IMG/VR virus record: IMGVR_UViG_3300025138_000028
Length of the DNA stretch: 64,000 nt
Reading direction: 5' to 3' (one strand)
Source of the DNA: an uncultured virus (IMG/VR IMGVR_UViG_3300025138_000028)
Taxonomy: Duplodnaviria; Heunggongvirae; Uroviricota; Caudoviricetes
Each line of letters begins with the position of its first letter. Positions within the stretch are counted from its first letter, which is position 1. A program made the position numbers and the translations under genes. The notes beneath the pieces were generated by a model. It ran no database searches and was not told where the DNA came from. It saw only the letters and a list, made by a program, of their open reading frames with translations. Shown in pieces: positions 10,559-19,746 of this stretch.

Positions 10559-11730
10559 TGGCACGACTAGAGAAAACGGAACTTAGTAATAGCATAAACG
10601 CTTGGAGAACAAAAACAAATCTCACAGCTTCTTATGTGGGAGATTTAGATAATCTAAACACTTCAGACAGTTCTTCAATTGTGGGTGCTATTAATTCAAT
10701 CGAAAGTAAATTTTCAGCTAACGGCGAAGTTGAAACTATAGCTAAAACAGCATTTAATGTGACAAATTCTGGTGGTGGCACATACGCCCAATTAACATAT
10801 GATAATACAACAGGTACATTTTCATTTGTTAGAAATGCTATCACTCAATTGGAAGTGCCTAATATTGACGCAGGTAAAATTACAACAGGAACACTTGATC
10901 CGGCAAGAGTTCCGGTATTTGATGCCGCTAATATTGCAACAGGTACAATAGCCACTGCAAGACTTCCATTCTTAGATGCAAACCAAACAACATCTGGTAC
11001 ATTTGCAGTAGGTAGAATTCCTAATATTGATGCAGCTAAAGTTATATCAGGCACATTAGCGATAGGTAGAATTCCAACTATTCCATCTAGTTACATTACG
11101 GACGATGGAACTGATCTTCCAGAAGCAATTATTCCACCTAATATAGCTAGAAAAAATTCAAGTGATACGATTACTGGTAATAGAGATTTTGCTGGAACAG
11201 CCACAGTTGCACAACAGTTGACTGCAAATGGCGGAATAGTTACAACTACTTTACAAACAACTGGTGATATTTTACCCGCTGCCAATAACTTATATAAAGT
11301 GGGATCCACAACTCAAAAATGGTTAGAGATGCACGCCACAACATTTCACGGTGTTGCTACGTCTGCAAACTTTGCTGACCTCGCAGAAAATTATACTACA
11401 GAACTAGATCATCCAGTTGGTACTGTAATGAGAGTATCTACAGGCGAAGTTGCAGAAACCGATGCGTGTAATTCTAATAGTATTCCTATAGGTGTTGTAT
11501 CTTTAGAGCCTGCATATTTAATGAATGCCGAATGTGAAGGACAATCACTCGCTCTTAAAGGACGAGTGCCCGTAAGAATTGTAGGACCAATAAGTAAAGG
11601 AGACGCGGTATATGCTTACAATGATGGAACTGCATCTAGTCTGTATGACGGAGCGCATATTGTAGGCATTGCTTTGGAATCTAATAATAATTCAGAAGAA
11701 AAATTAGTAGAGTGTGTTTTGAAAGTGTAG
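10558..11730 (+). CDS. Fibre-like virion protein with 18-aa repeats and a C-terminal peptidase G2-like/intramolecular chaperone-type domain
   Basis: Repeats of the form xPxxDAxxxxxGTxxxxR; C-terminal ADLAENY...GVVS.EPAYLMN...LKGRVPV. Confidence 0.65.
   Translation: MARLEKTELSNSINAWRTKTNLTASYVGDLDNLNTSDSSSIVGAINSIESKFSANGEVETIAKTAFNVTNSGGGTYAQLTYDNTTGTFSFVRNAITQLEVPNIDAGKITTGTLDPARVPVFDAANIATGTIATARLPFLDANQTTSGTFAVGRIPNIDAAKVISGTLAIGRIPTIPSSYITDDGTDLPEAIIPPNIARKNSSDTITGNRDFAGTATVAQQLTANGGIVTTTLQTTGDILPAANNLYKVGSTTQKWLEMHATTFHGVATSANFADLAENYTTELDHPVGTVMRVSTGEVAETDACNSNSIPIGVVSLEPAYLMNAECEGQSLALKGRVPVRIVGPISKGDAVYAYNDGTASSLYDGAHIVGIALESNNNSEEKLVECVLKV
10855..11070 (+). repeat. Four 18-aa (54-bp) degenerate tandem repeats
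   Basis: VPNIDAGKITTGTLDPAR / VPVFDAANIATGTIATAR / LPFLDANQTTSGTFAVGR / IPNIDAAKVISGTLAIGR. Confidence 0.85.
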
Positions 11731-11756
11731 TTACCCCACTCACTAAGCAGAGTCTT

Positions 11757-11784
11757 ATTATAACAGATTCGTTAGATTTGTCAA
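11757..11784 (-). promoter_or_regulatory. Consensus sigma70-type promoter pointing leftwards, antisense to the structural genes
   Basis: Minus strand reads TTGACA-aatctaacgaatctgt(16)-TATAAT, including an extended -10 TGn. Confidence 0.65.
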
Positions 11785-11807
11785 CTAAAAATAATTTAAA
11801 AAGACTC

Positions 11808-11836
11808 TTTACATTGTGTTTTACATATAGTAAAAT
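11808..11836 (+). promoter_or_regulatory. Sigma70/early-type promoter for the radical SAM island
   Basis: TTTACA (11808-11813), 17-nt spacer, TAAAAT (11831-11836), immediately before the first island gene. Confidence 0.6.
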
Positions 11837-11842
11837 ATAAGA

Positions 11843-12361
11843 ATGGAGAATATTATGTTTAGTAAACTAAAATTTTTAAATGCAATTCAATCAAAATATA
11901 TTTATCAGCAGAAAATGGTTTACTCTATTGATGAGGAAGGTCGTGAGAATCTTATAGAAAACTTTGCCGAAATAATGAAATATCCTATGCGATCTGTAAA
12001 AATTGAGAGAATGGAAGATTATAATAGAGATATATTTGATTACTGTTCATATCTAAGACGAAAACAAAAGCATAAAGGTCCTATTACCTGTCACTTGTTT
12101 TACGCATCTGAGGGTGCTTATTCATTTAAAGAACATACTGATCCAGACGATGTTGTAATATATTGTTGTGAAGGAGAAAAGTCTTTAACGATAAATGGAG
12201 CATATATAAAGATACCATCTCTATCTTGGGTAAAAATTCCTGCAAATACACCACATCAAGCATTTAATGAAACAGAAGCATTAACTTTAAGTTTTGGTCT
12301 AGAAGATTTTATAGAGGATAAAGTGACATATGAATTGGACGGTCTATCTAAAAACGACTGA
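11843..12361 (+). CDS. Cupin/JmjC-like Fe(II)/2OG oxygenase (alternative start 11855 after GGAG)
   Basis: HxD (KEHTDPDDV) plus distal His (IPANTPHQA) and LTLSFG, a jelly-roll facial-triad pattern. Confidence 0.7.
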   Translation: MENIMFSKLKFLNAIQSKYIYQQKMVYSIDEEGRENLIENFAEIMKYPMRSVKIERMEDYNRDIFDYCSYLRRKQKHKGPITCHLFYASEGAYSFKEHTDPDDVVIYCCEGEKSLTINGAYIKIPSLSWVKIPANTPHQAFNETEALTLSFGLEDFIEDKVTYELDGLSKND

Positions 12362-13349
12362 GACTTGCCAGCTTAATTGTAGCCATTGCTTCACAAGTGG
12401 AAGCAAGGGTCAGAAAATATATTGGAATACAGATAAAATAGTTGATTGGCTTCATAGATTTAGAGCGGAAAAACCAGATGAGCATGATTTTATTCATTTA
12501 GAGTTTCATGGTGGTGAGCCATTTCTTGTTCCTGTGGGACAAATGAGAAAAGTATATGATGCTTGTAACGGTCTTTGGAATGATATGTCTTGGGGAGCAA
12601 CAACTAATCTTGTATTTAAATTAAAAGATGAGCATAAAGAATTTATAAAAGGACCTTTAAAAGGTAGATTGGGTACTTCCTGGGATCGTAAAATAAGATT
12701 TGATAATGCTAAACAGTACGCATTATGGCATAAAAATGTAAAAACATTATTGAGCGAAGGAGTGACAATAAGGCTTTTTATAAGTCTGACAAAAGACACT
12801 CTTAAAAAAGAACCTATTGTTCTGTTGCGCTGGCTAAGAAGATTAGGCGTCCAAGAAGTGTCTCTTGAAAGGTTGACTAATAATGGAAATGCCAGAAGTG
12901 CGTCTGAAATTTTTCCCACAAACAAAGAGTTGGATGCTTATTTTCTAAAGCTACATCAACAAAGTGAAGAATATGGAGCAAGAGATTGGTTCGATAACTG
13001 TTTTCTTGAAGATGTTTACGCTAAATTTGAAAAAACTCAAATGACTTGTGGCACGTTTTGTCGAGACTGTGAACAAAAATTATTTACTGTGAATGGTGAT
13101 GGCAGCATTAGCGGATGTCCTAATGCTGCTCCAGAATTTCAATTTGGACATTTAGATGATTCTATTAAAACTCTTATAAATAGTCCTAGAAGAATACGAA
13201 CAATATTAGAAGAAAAGATACGAAATCCTAACTGTTTAAAATGTCCCGTAGCTAGATTTTGCGGTGGTGACTGTCACCAACTAGGTTGGGAAGGAGATAT
13301 ATGTGGAGCACCGAAAAGCTTGATGCTTGAATTAGCAGAAAATGTCTAG
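12330..13349 (+). CDS. Radical SAM protein with SPASM-like domain
   Basis: CQLNCSHC (CX3CX2C), FHGGEP, and C-terminal CRDC...GCPN...CLKC...CGGDC...C. Confidence 0.92.
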   Translation: MNWTVYLKTTETCQLNCSHCFTSGSKGQKIYWNTDKIVDWLHRFRAEKPDEHDFIHLEFHGGEPFLVPVGQMRKVYDACNGLWNDMSWGATTNLVFKLKDEHKEFIKGPLKGRLGTSWDRKIRFDNAKQYALWHKNVKTLLSEGVTIRLFISLTKDTLKKEPIVLLRWLRRLGVQEVSLERLTNNGNARSASEIFPTNKELDAYFLKLHQQSEEYGARDWFDNCFLEDVYAKFEKTQMTCGTFCRDCEQKLFTVNGDGSISGCPNAAPEFQFGHLDDSIKTLINSPRRIRTILEEKIRNPNCLKCPVARFCGGDCHQLGWEGDICGAPKSLMLELAENV

Positions 13350-13358
13350 GAGATAAAG

Positions 13359-14135
13359 ATGGCAATATCAGACCCTATTACAGAGAACCCTGTAATTACG
13401 AAATATAAAGAATTAGTAGCTACTAGAATTAATAATCAAATTGTATATCATGACGGTAACTTACCGGATTCCAAATTTGCTCACCAATTTGCGGGCAATC
13501 AAGGAGGAATTTCCACAACTCCTGATTTAATAGACGCTCCTATCACCGCTCAAGATATGTACAACGTTCTTTTGAAAGATGTTAATAGATTTACTAGGAT
13601 TAGAAGATTTAGTGCTTCAATAAACATATCTGGTGCAGGAGGTGGAGGACTTACACCTAATCTAAACCAATCAGGAGCTCAAACAGATAGAAGAACACAA
13701 GCAACAGAAAATATGAATTTTAGCTGTGAGTGGGTAACAGCATTTCCAGATACAACATTGAGAAATGATTTCAAACAAAAGTGGGGTCGTTTTGGAGTAG
13801 ATGATCTTACAGCAGCAACACAACTTTGCGAAGATGCCAAAGTTAAGTCTGCTGTCGCAAATAGAGCAGGATCTATTGTTGCGACAGCCAGAAGTGTTTC
13901 TAATCAAGTAGGAATTTTAAGTTCTAGACATAGATTTGATCTTGATTCATCAGACGTTACAAATAATTTATCTGCTGGGCAAGTTATTGACGATGCAGCA
14001 CTTGAGGTTTTATTTAATGCATTATATAATGCTTGGTCAGCTAAAGCTATAAGTGGTTCACCTGTGTCATTCTCTATGACAATGTGTCACTCTAACTGTC
14101 ATTCTAATTGCCATGCATCAAGAGGTAGGAGATAA
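13359..14135 (+). CDS. Hypothetical protein with C-terminal Cys/His repeat CHSNCHSNCHASRGRR; candidate substrate of the island
   Basis: Strong RBS AGGAG; Ala/Ser/Thr/Gly/Asn-rich, structural-like composition unlike the neighbouring enzymes; terminal repeat at 14085-14132. Confidence 0.75.
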   Translation: MAISDPITENPVITKYKELVATRINNQIVYHDGNLPDSKFAHQFAGNQGGISTTPDLIDAPITAQDMYNVLLKDVNRFTRIRRFSASINISGAGGGGLTPNLNQSGAQTDRRTQATENMNFSCEWVTAFPDTTLRNDFKQKWGRFGVDDLTAATQLCEDAKVKSAVANRAGSIVATARSVSNQVGILSSRHRFDLDSSDVTNNLSAGQVIDDAALEVLFNALYNAWSAKAISGSPVSFSMTMCHSNCHSNCHASRGRR

Positions 14136-14829
14136 AAATATTATGAGTGAAATGAATTTAGTGAAGGCTCCATTAGAGATTGGGGATCTACAATTATATT
14201 TTGAAAACAAAGATATTAAGTTTTTAATTGATTATGAAGGATCGACTTTAAAAGGAGAAGAACTTTTAGTATATTTGAGTAACTTAGAATTGCCGTGCGA
14301 TTTAAAAATTGACGATGATACTACTATGGCAGAATTAGGAAAAATATATTTAAAGTTTGAGAAAATAATTGATATTCCTATATTAGAAAAATTTATTATT
14401 GATGCCTTGTTTGGACATAGGCGAATTCTATTCGGTAACTCTCAATATATGAGTCTTGAAAATTTACTTTCTTTTGTTCAGGAAAATGAAGAACAGTTAG
14501 AAGCGTGGTGCGATAAGTTAGATTCCTTGACGCTCTATAATTTATATACAATTGACCAAGAACAAATGAAAGACTTTGTAAAATCTCATATAGAAGATGA
14601 TACAGATAGTATTAGAGGAATCAATTTTGTAAGCATTTTAAAAAATGAAAATTTTTATTATTATTATAATTCACTAGATGATTCCAAAAAATTGAAATAT
14701 TATTCAAAATATTTTAATGACTATATGTTTGCTGGAAAAGGACTATTCGATTTTTGGGCAGTTAAAGAAAATCCATTATTTGTATTATCCTGGGGTCTTC
14801 TAGAGGACACGACTGTTGGAACTGAGTGA
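14113..14829 (+). CDS. Hypothetical acidic protein of the radical SAM island (probable start 14143)
   Basis: Open frame; AGGAG at about 14127-14131 precedes ATG 14143; no motif recognised. Confidence 0.7.
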   Translation: MHQEVGDKNIMSEMNLVKAPLEIGDLQLYFENKDIKFLIDYEGSTLKGEELLVYLSNLELPCDLKIDDDTTMAELGKIYLKFEKIIDIPILEKFIIDALFGHRRILFGNSQYMSLENLLSFVQENEEQLEAWCDKLDSLTLYNLYTIDQEQMKDFVKSHIEDDTDSIRGINFVSILKNENFYYYYNSLDDSKKLKYYSKYFNDYMFAGKGLFDFWAVKENPLFVLSWGLLEDTTVGTE

Positions 14830-15853
14830 CTTTATATTAAGAGATAAGCGGGATTCTCAGCAAGAATATACCATACACTTATTCGAATTTTGCAATCTAA
14901 ATTGTCCGTTCTGCTGGCAAGACCACAATAATATTGTGGGTATTAATACAGTATTAGATAAATTAGAACCCGTTGATAAATTTTTAAAAACTGAAATGCG
15001 TAAAAGCGTTGTATTTAATATAATGGGCGGTGAGATATTTGCAGATGAGATATTTAATGTATCATTATTAAATGATTACATTGCTCTTGCTAAAGGCATA
15101 AAAGAACTTGGAAAAAAATATAATAAGAGAACAGAGATAAACTGGGTAACTAATCTTGTCATAAGTAAGCGCGATCAGATAGAAACTTTACTTCAGAATT
15201 GCCGTGATCTTAATATGAAAAGCAAACTAGTAACTTCATTTGATCCTGCGGGTAGATTTAATAAACCAAATCTTCAAATCTTTTTAGATAATATAGAATA
15301 TTTCAAAAATGAACTAGATGGCATAGGAATACTTTTAACAAAGCCTAATATCAAATACTGGTTAAAAGAGACTGAAGGAGTATTAAAGCAACTATATGAT
15401 GATGGAATATATCTGTACGCAGACTACTATATGCCGGACTGTCAAGCGAAACGAAGCGCACCTTCTGACCAAGATATGCTTGATATATTTAAACATTTCA
15501 TCAATAACTATCCGAAGATTGATCCTATTAGGTCATGGATAGAGAATGAAACAAATGTTGTTAGCTGTAGATCATCTAAATTGATACTAGAAGATGGAAC
15601 AATGTGTCTTTGTGGAAACCTTGTACAAGACGCAAAAGATAAAGCGATGTACAAAACAGATATACAAAAGAAAAATAATACTCCCATTGAAGCAAGTTTT
15701 ATAAACAAATATAATTGTTCGACTTGTAAATATTTTAGTAGATGTACTTTGGGGTGCTTTATGGCTCACGATTACAAATATGCTGAGGAAGTATTAGATG
15801 AATGTGTCTATAAAATAACACACAGATACATTGAAGAAAGTGGATTAAGGTGA
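14816..15853 (+). CDS. Radical SAM protein with Cys-rich SPASM/twitch-like C-terminus (TTG start)
   Basis: CNLNCPFC, MGGE, then SCRS...CLCG...CSTCKYFSRCTLGC...C. Confidence 0.88.
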   Translation: MELSDFILRDKRDSQQEYTIHLFEFCNLNCPFCWQDHNNIVGINTVLDKLEPVDKFLKTEMRKSVVFNIMGGEIFADEIFNVSLLNDYIALAKGIKELGKKYNKRTEINWVTNLVISKRDQIETLLQNCRDLNMKSKLVTSFDPAGRFNKPNLQIFLDNIEYFKNELDGIGILLTKPNIKYWLKETEGVLKQLYDDGIYLYADYYMPDCQAKRSAPSDQDMLDIFKHFINNYPKIDPIRSWIENETNVVSCRSSKLILEDGTMCLCGNLVQDAKDKAMYKTDIQKKNNTPIEASFINKYNCSTCKYFSRCTLGCFMAHDYKYAEEVLDECVYKITHRYIEESGLR

Positions 15854-16507
15854 ATGTTTTTACATGCAAATGTCGATATGACACCTATAAGCCAAACTAA
15901 GATAAATTATGGTTTTAAAAATTCAACTCCTGTAAAAAAGATTGATATTGATTACAATGTATGCTATAGTGTATTTGATTATGAAGTAGATAGCAGTTTG
16001 CCTCCTTGTTTACATTTTTTAGACAATTTCTTAACAAGCGAAGTTTATGTTTTTAGTTTACCACTATCAAGCAATCGTTTAAGTAAAATACCCTCTAAAT
16101 CAATTCTTAAAGACTATATTTCTAATTGGATAGGATATCCTAAAACTTCAATAACTAATAACTTAGAATTGGGTTGGATAGGAATTGAAAAATCTAAGAT
16201 AATTTCTAATATACAAATTAGTGGATTATATCTAAACACTTTGTCGAGAAAACAAGCAACAGATTTTTATAGACTTATGTTAAATTTTTGTCTAAAGGAA
16301 ATAAAAGCAAGACCTCTCTATGTACCTTCAGCTAAAACTATAAAAGCTTTTTCAAAAAAGTTTTCAAATCATAGAGATATGAAAATTATGGAAAGTCCTT
16401 ATACATCTAAGATACTAAAAGGAGCTAGTAAATGTAAGTTTACTGAGAGTATTTACGCTAATAGATACATAAATGAAGATGAAATGGAATTTTTTAGATA
16501 TGATTAA
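15854..16507 (+). CDS. Hypothetical protein
   Basis: 217-aa ORF that fills the gap in a tightly packed operon; no motif recognised. Confidence 0.6.
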   Translation: MFLHANVDMTPISQTKINYGFKNSTPVKKIDIDYNVCYSVFDYEVDSSLPPCLHFLDNFLTSEVYVFSLPLSSNRLSKIPSKSILKDYISNWIGYPKTSITNNLELGWIGIEKSKIISNIQISGLYLNTLSRKQATDFYRLMLNFCLKEIKARPLYVPSAKTIKAFSKKFSNHRDMKIMESPYTSKILKGASKCKFTESIYANRYINEDEMEFFRYD

Positions 16508-18152
16508 AATTGGCTATTTAGATCCTAGCAGCATACCAACCAGAACTAATTTTAATTATAACTGGATGCTTTTTAAATGTTTTTATGAAGATTTTGGTAA
16601 ATATCCAGATCAGGTTGAATGGGTTGAACCGCTCTATAAATGGAATGAAACTAATTTAGACGATATTTTATATTCACTACAAGATTGTGATATTGTATTG
16701 TTTACTAGTTATGTTTGGAACTATAAAATTAATAAAAAAGTTGTAGATCGTTTAAGTAAAGATACTGTAACTATTTTAGGAGGTCCTCATCAAAACTTTG
16801 AAATAGTAAGATACTACGATCATGTGGCAGATCCTACCGCTCCAGGAGAATTATTCTTACAATTCTTTATAGATATGTTTTTAGAAAATAACATCATAAA
16901 GAATAATATACCTTATTATAATAATGGACTAAAATTACCATATAAATTTGGCAGTAGTAATGTTTATAAAAGATGTGGTGAATATTTGAGAAAATGTTAT
17001 AACTATTTTAATGAAAATATTGATTATTTTCAAGAAATGATTATAGTTTATGAATCGACACGAGGTTGCCCATTTAAATGCACTTATTGTGAATGGGGTG
17101 GAGGTACAGCGACTAAGACTTTGAAAAAGACTATAGATGTAATAAAAGATGAACTTGAGTTTTTAGGAACTTTTGATAATTTAAAATTAGATTTGACAGA
17201 CGCGAATACCGGAATGTTAAAAAAACGCGATATCGAAATGATGCTTATTATGAAAGAAAATAATGTTCAAGTTGGTGATACTATTTCCGTTTTAAAAACA
17301 TTGAAAGTTGAAGATAAAATTGATATTATAGATTTTATGATTGAAAATGAAATTACTAGTAGAACAATCAGTATCAGTGTTCAATCGATATCCAAAAAAG
17401 CGAGAGATATTGCAAAACGTATTGATCTTGAATATGATGATACTATAAAACTAATTGATCATATTAAAGATAGATGGGGTAATCTACATGATAAAGATTT
17501 ATATGTTGATTTAGAATTGATATTAGGTATGCCCGGATCGACCCTAGAAGATTTTTATGATGAATTTAAACTATACTATAGATTAAGTTCTAATGTATCG
17601 AAATCTCCTGAAGGTCAGCCATGGCAGAATTTCAGAGATGGTAGATTTCCATATATGATTTTGCCTGCAACAGAGTCCGCTTCTCCGGTATATCAAAGAA
17701 AATATGGAATAAAAACTGCAAGAGTAGCTACATTTTTTGATAATAATTATCAATTTGATCCTGCAATAGATAAACCAAATTTATTATATGAAAATCATCA
17801 CTATGAATACGATACTATTATAGAATGTTTTAGTTATACTTTTGAAGAATATATTGAGATGTTTATAATGAACATCTACACTCCTATTTTATTTGAGGCA
17901 TTTACCAAAGAGTATATCACGTTTGAAAATATAAGTGTTGTCGCTAAAGAATTGTGGAATACACTTAACAAAATTTCAACATTTAATGTTTATAAAGAGT
18001 TAATCAAAAGAATATTTAACTCAAATGATGTTAGAAGTTTAGACAAATTTGGTGAGGGAAATTTCGATGATTTATCAATTGAAGAGGTGCTAAGAAATTT
18101 ATTATATGAAAATGAAAATCTTATAAGGAAAAACTTAGATGCAGTTTGTTGA
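16473..18152 (+). CDS. B12-binding-domain radical SAM protein, class B methyltransferase-like (probable start 16500)
   Basis: N-terminal LFTSYVWN...ILGGPH cobalamin-binding-type segment; ESTRGCPFKCTYCEWG; DANTG; ELILGMPG. Confidence 0.85.
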   Translation: MKMKWNFLDMIKIGYLDPSSIPTRTNFNYNWMLFKCFYEDFGKYPDQVEWVEPLYKWNETNLDDILYSLQDCDIVLFTSYVWNYKINKKVVDRLSKDTVTILGGPHQNFEIVRYYDHVADPTAPGELFLQFFIDMFLENNIIKNNIPYYNNGLKLPYKFGSSNVYKRCGEYLRKCYNYFNENIDYFQEMIIVYESTRGCPFKCTYCEWGGGTATKTLKKTIDVIKDELEFLGTFDNLKLDLTDANTGMLKKRDIEMMLIMKENNVQVGDTISVLKTLKVEDKIDIIDFMIENEITSRTISISVQSISKKARDIAKRIDLEYDDTIKLIDHIKDRWGNLHDKDLYVDLELILGMPGSTLEDFYDEFKLYYRLSSNVSKSPEGQPWQNFRDGRFPYMILPATESASPVYQRKYGIKTARVATFFDNNYQFDPAIDKPNLLYENHHYEYDTIIECFSYTFEEYIEMFIMNIYTPILFEAFTKEYITFENISVVAKELWNTLNKISTFNVYKELIKRIFNSNDVRSLDKFGEGNFDDLSIEEVLRNLLYENENLIRKNLDAVC

Positions 18153-18627
18153 AGTCCACGATAATATTTTTAATTCTACTGAAATTGAAGAAATATTAAA
18201 CGAGTTTAAATGGAAAAAATCTACAGGAATAGTAAATATATTAGATGAAATAAATCATCTTAACAAATTAGATTTAATAAAATGTTTAGTTTTAGGTAAA
18301 GGACATAAGACTCCAGTACTTGCACATGCACTTAATACAAAGTGTTACGATTTTACAACCAAAGATCATAAAATATGGGAACCTCATAACGATGCCGAAG
18401 AATGTAAAATTATAACTCTTTTATTTGTTGATATTGACACAAACGGTTGGGTAGGTGGAGAATTAGACATATATAAAAATTTAGATGTATTCGATTTTCC
18501 TAATAACAAAACAAGAATAGAACCTAAAGTTGGTAGATTAGTTTTGTTCGAAAGTTCTATGATACATGCTATACGGCCGTACTTCGGAAAAAAATCGAGA
18601 AAAACTATAAGCATAGGGTGGGAATGA
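18139..18627 (+). CDS. 2OG-Fe(II) oxygenase, prolyl-hydroxylase-like
   Basis: HND...WVGGEL...PKVGRLVLF...HAIRP...RKTI (HxD...H...R). Confidence 0.85.
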   Translation: MQFVEVHDNIFNSTEIEEILNEFKWKKSTGIVNILDEINHLNKLDLIKCLVLGKGHKTPVLAHALNTKCYDFTTKDHKIWEPHNDAEECKIITLLFVDIDTNGWVGGELDIYKNLDVFDFPNNKTRIEPKVGRLVLFESSMIHAIRPYFGKKSRKTISIGWE

Positions 18628-18628
18628 C

Positions 18629-19192
18629 ATGAATTTTGATGACGGCTATATGATAGAAAGTAGACCTGATTTGTTTAAGTATGTTGACGATACGATACCA
18701 AAATTATCTTGGTATTTTCCAAAGATTCTTGAAAATTTTTTAATTAAATTATTCGAAAGACCAGAATTTAAAGACTTTGATGTTCCTTGGAATTATCATC
18801 TTCATGGTATGAAAAGAAAGATGTTAAAAACTGCAAATTTACTAGATGAAGAATATTTGCCCAAAGGAAATAATGAATTGATTTATTATTCTATATGGAA
18901 TGGATCTGATACATCTTCTTACAAATGGCATAACGATTTAATAGAAGGAGCAAATGTTTTCTTTTTGATGTACTACACAAATATGAATCTAAATGAGGGT
19001 GGAGAGATTATGTTTAGAAATCTTAATCAAGATAAAAGAATAACATGCTTTCACTTACCTAAAAAATATGACGTCCTTTATGGTTCTCAAGCGAAACATT
19101 TTGAACATAGAGTTGAAACTTTGAGAGAACCTAATGTAGAAAGAATTGCAATGAATTTCGGATTTAAAGTAGATAATTCGCCATGGGAATAG
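18629..19192 (+). CDS. 2OG-Fe(II) oxygenase
   Basis: WHND...GGEI...HRVE...RIAMNF. Confidence 0.8.
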   Translation: MNFDDGYMIESRPDLFKYVDDTIPKLSWYFPKILENFLIKLFERPEFKDFDVPWNYHLHGMKRKMLKTANLLDEEYLPKGNNELIYYSIWNGSDTSSYKWHNDLIEGANVFFLMYYTNMNLNEGGEIMFRNLNQDKRITCFHLPKKYDVLYGSQAKHFEHRVETLREPNVERIAMNFGFKVDNSPWE

Positions 19193-19746
19193 ATTTTTCT
19201 GATTTCGATTTCAAAAAAGGTTGTTATCACGATAACAATTCTGGTATATTTAAATATGTCGATAACACTTTACCTAAGCTGAAATTTTTCAATGTTAAAG
19301 GTTTATTCACAGGAGAACCTGGAACAATATCTTGGAACTACCATGTACATTTTATGTATTTTAGAATGAGAAAAACAGCTAAACTTCTATTTGATTACTA
19401 TCTTCCATGGGAAAAGAAAATGAATTTAGTTTATCATCAAGTTTGGAATGGAGTTGAGCCTTTGTCTACTGATTGGCATCACGATACTGGTGGTGGCAAC
19501 ATTCAATTTAATTTGTATTATACAGATATTGATCCAAATATTGGTGGTGAAATAATGTATAGAAGTGTGAAAGAAGATAATAAAATTACATTTGCTGCTT
19601 TACCTAAAAAATATGATATAGTGATGGGAAGCTGTGGAAAAGATATGAAATTTCAACATAGAGTTGAAGGGTTTAGAACGAACAAAAAGAAAGAAAGATT
19701 AACGATGTTGTTTAGATTTAGTGTTGAGAAATCCCCTTGGACCTAA
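19183..19746 (+). CDS. 2OG-Fe(II) oxygenase, paralogue of 18629-19192
   Basis: WHHD...GGEI...HRVE...RLTMLF; shares FKYVD.T.PKL, WNYH, LPKKYD and SPW with its neighbour. Confidence 0.8.
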   Translation: MGIDFSDFDFKKGCYHDNNSGIFKYVDNTLPKLKFFNVKGLFTGEPGTISWNYHVHFMYFRMRKTAKLLFDYYLPWEKKMNLVYHQVWNGVEPLSTDWHHDTGGGNIQFNLYYTDIDPNIGGEIMYRSVKEDNKITFAALPKKYDIVMGSCGKDMKFQHRVEGFRTNKKKERLTMLFRFSVEKSPWT

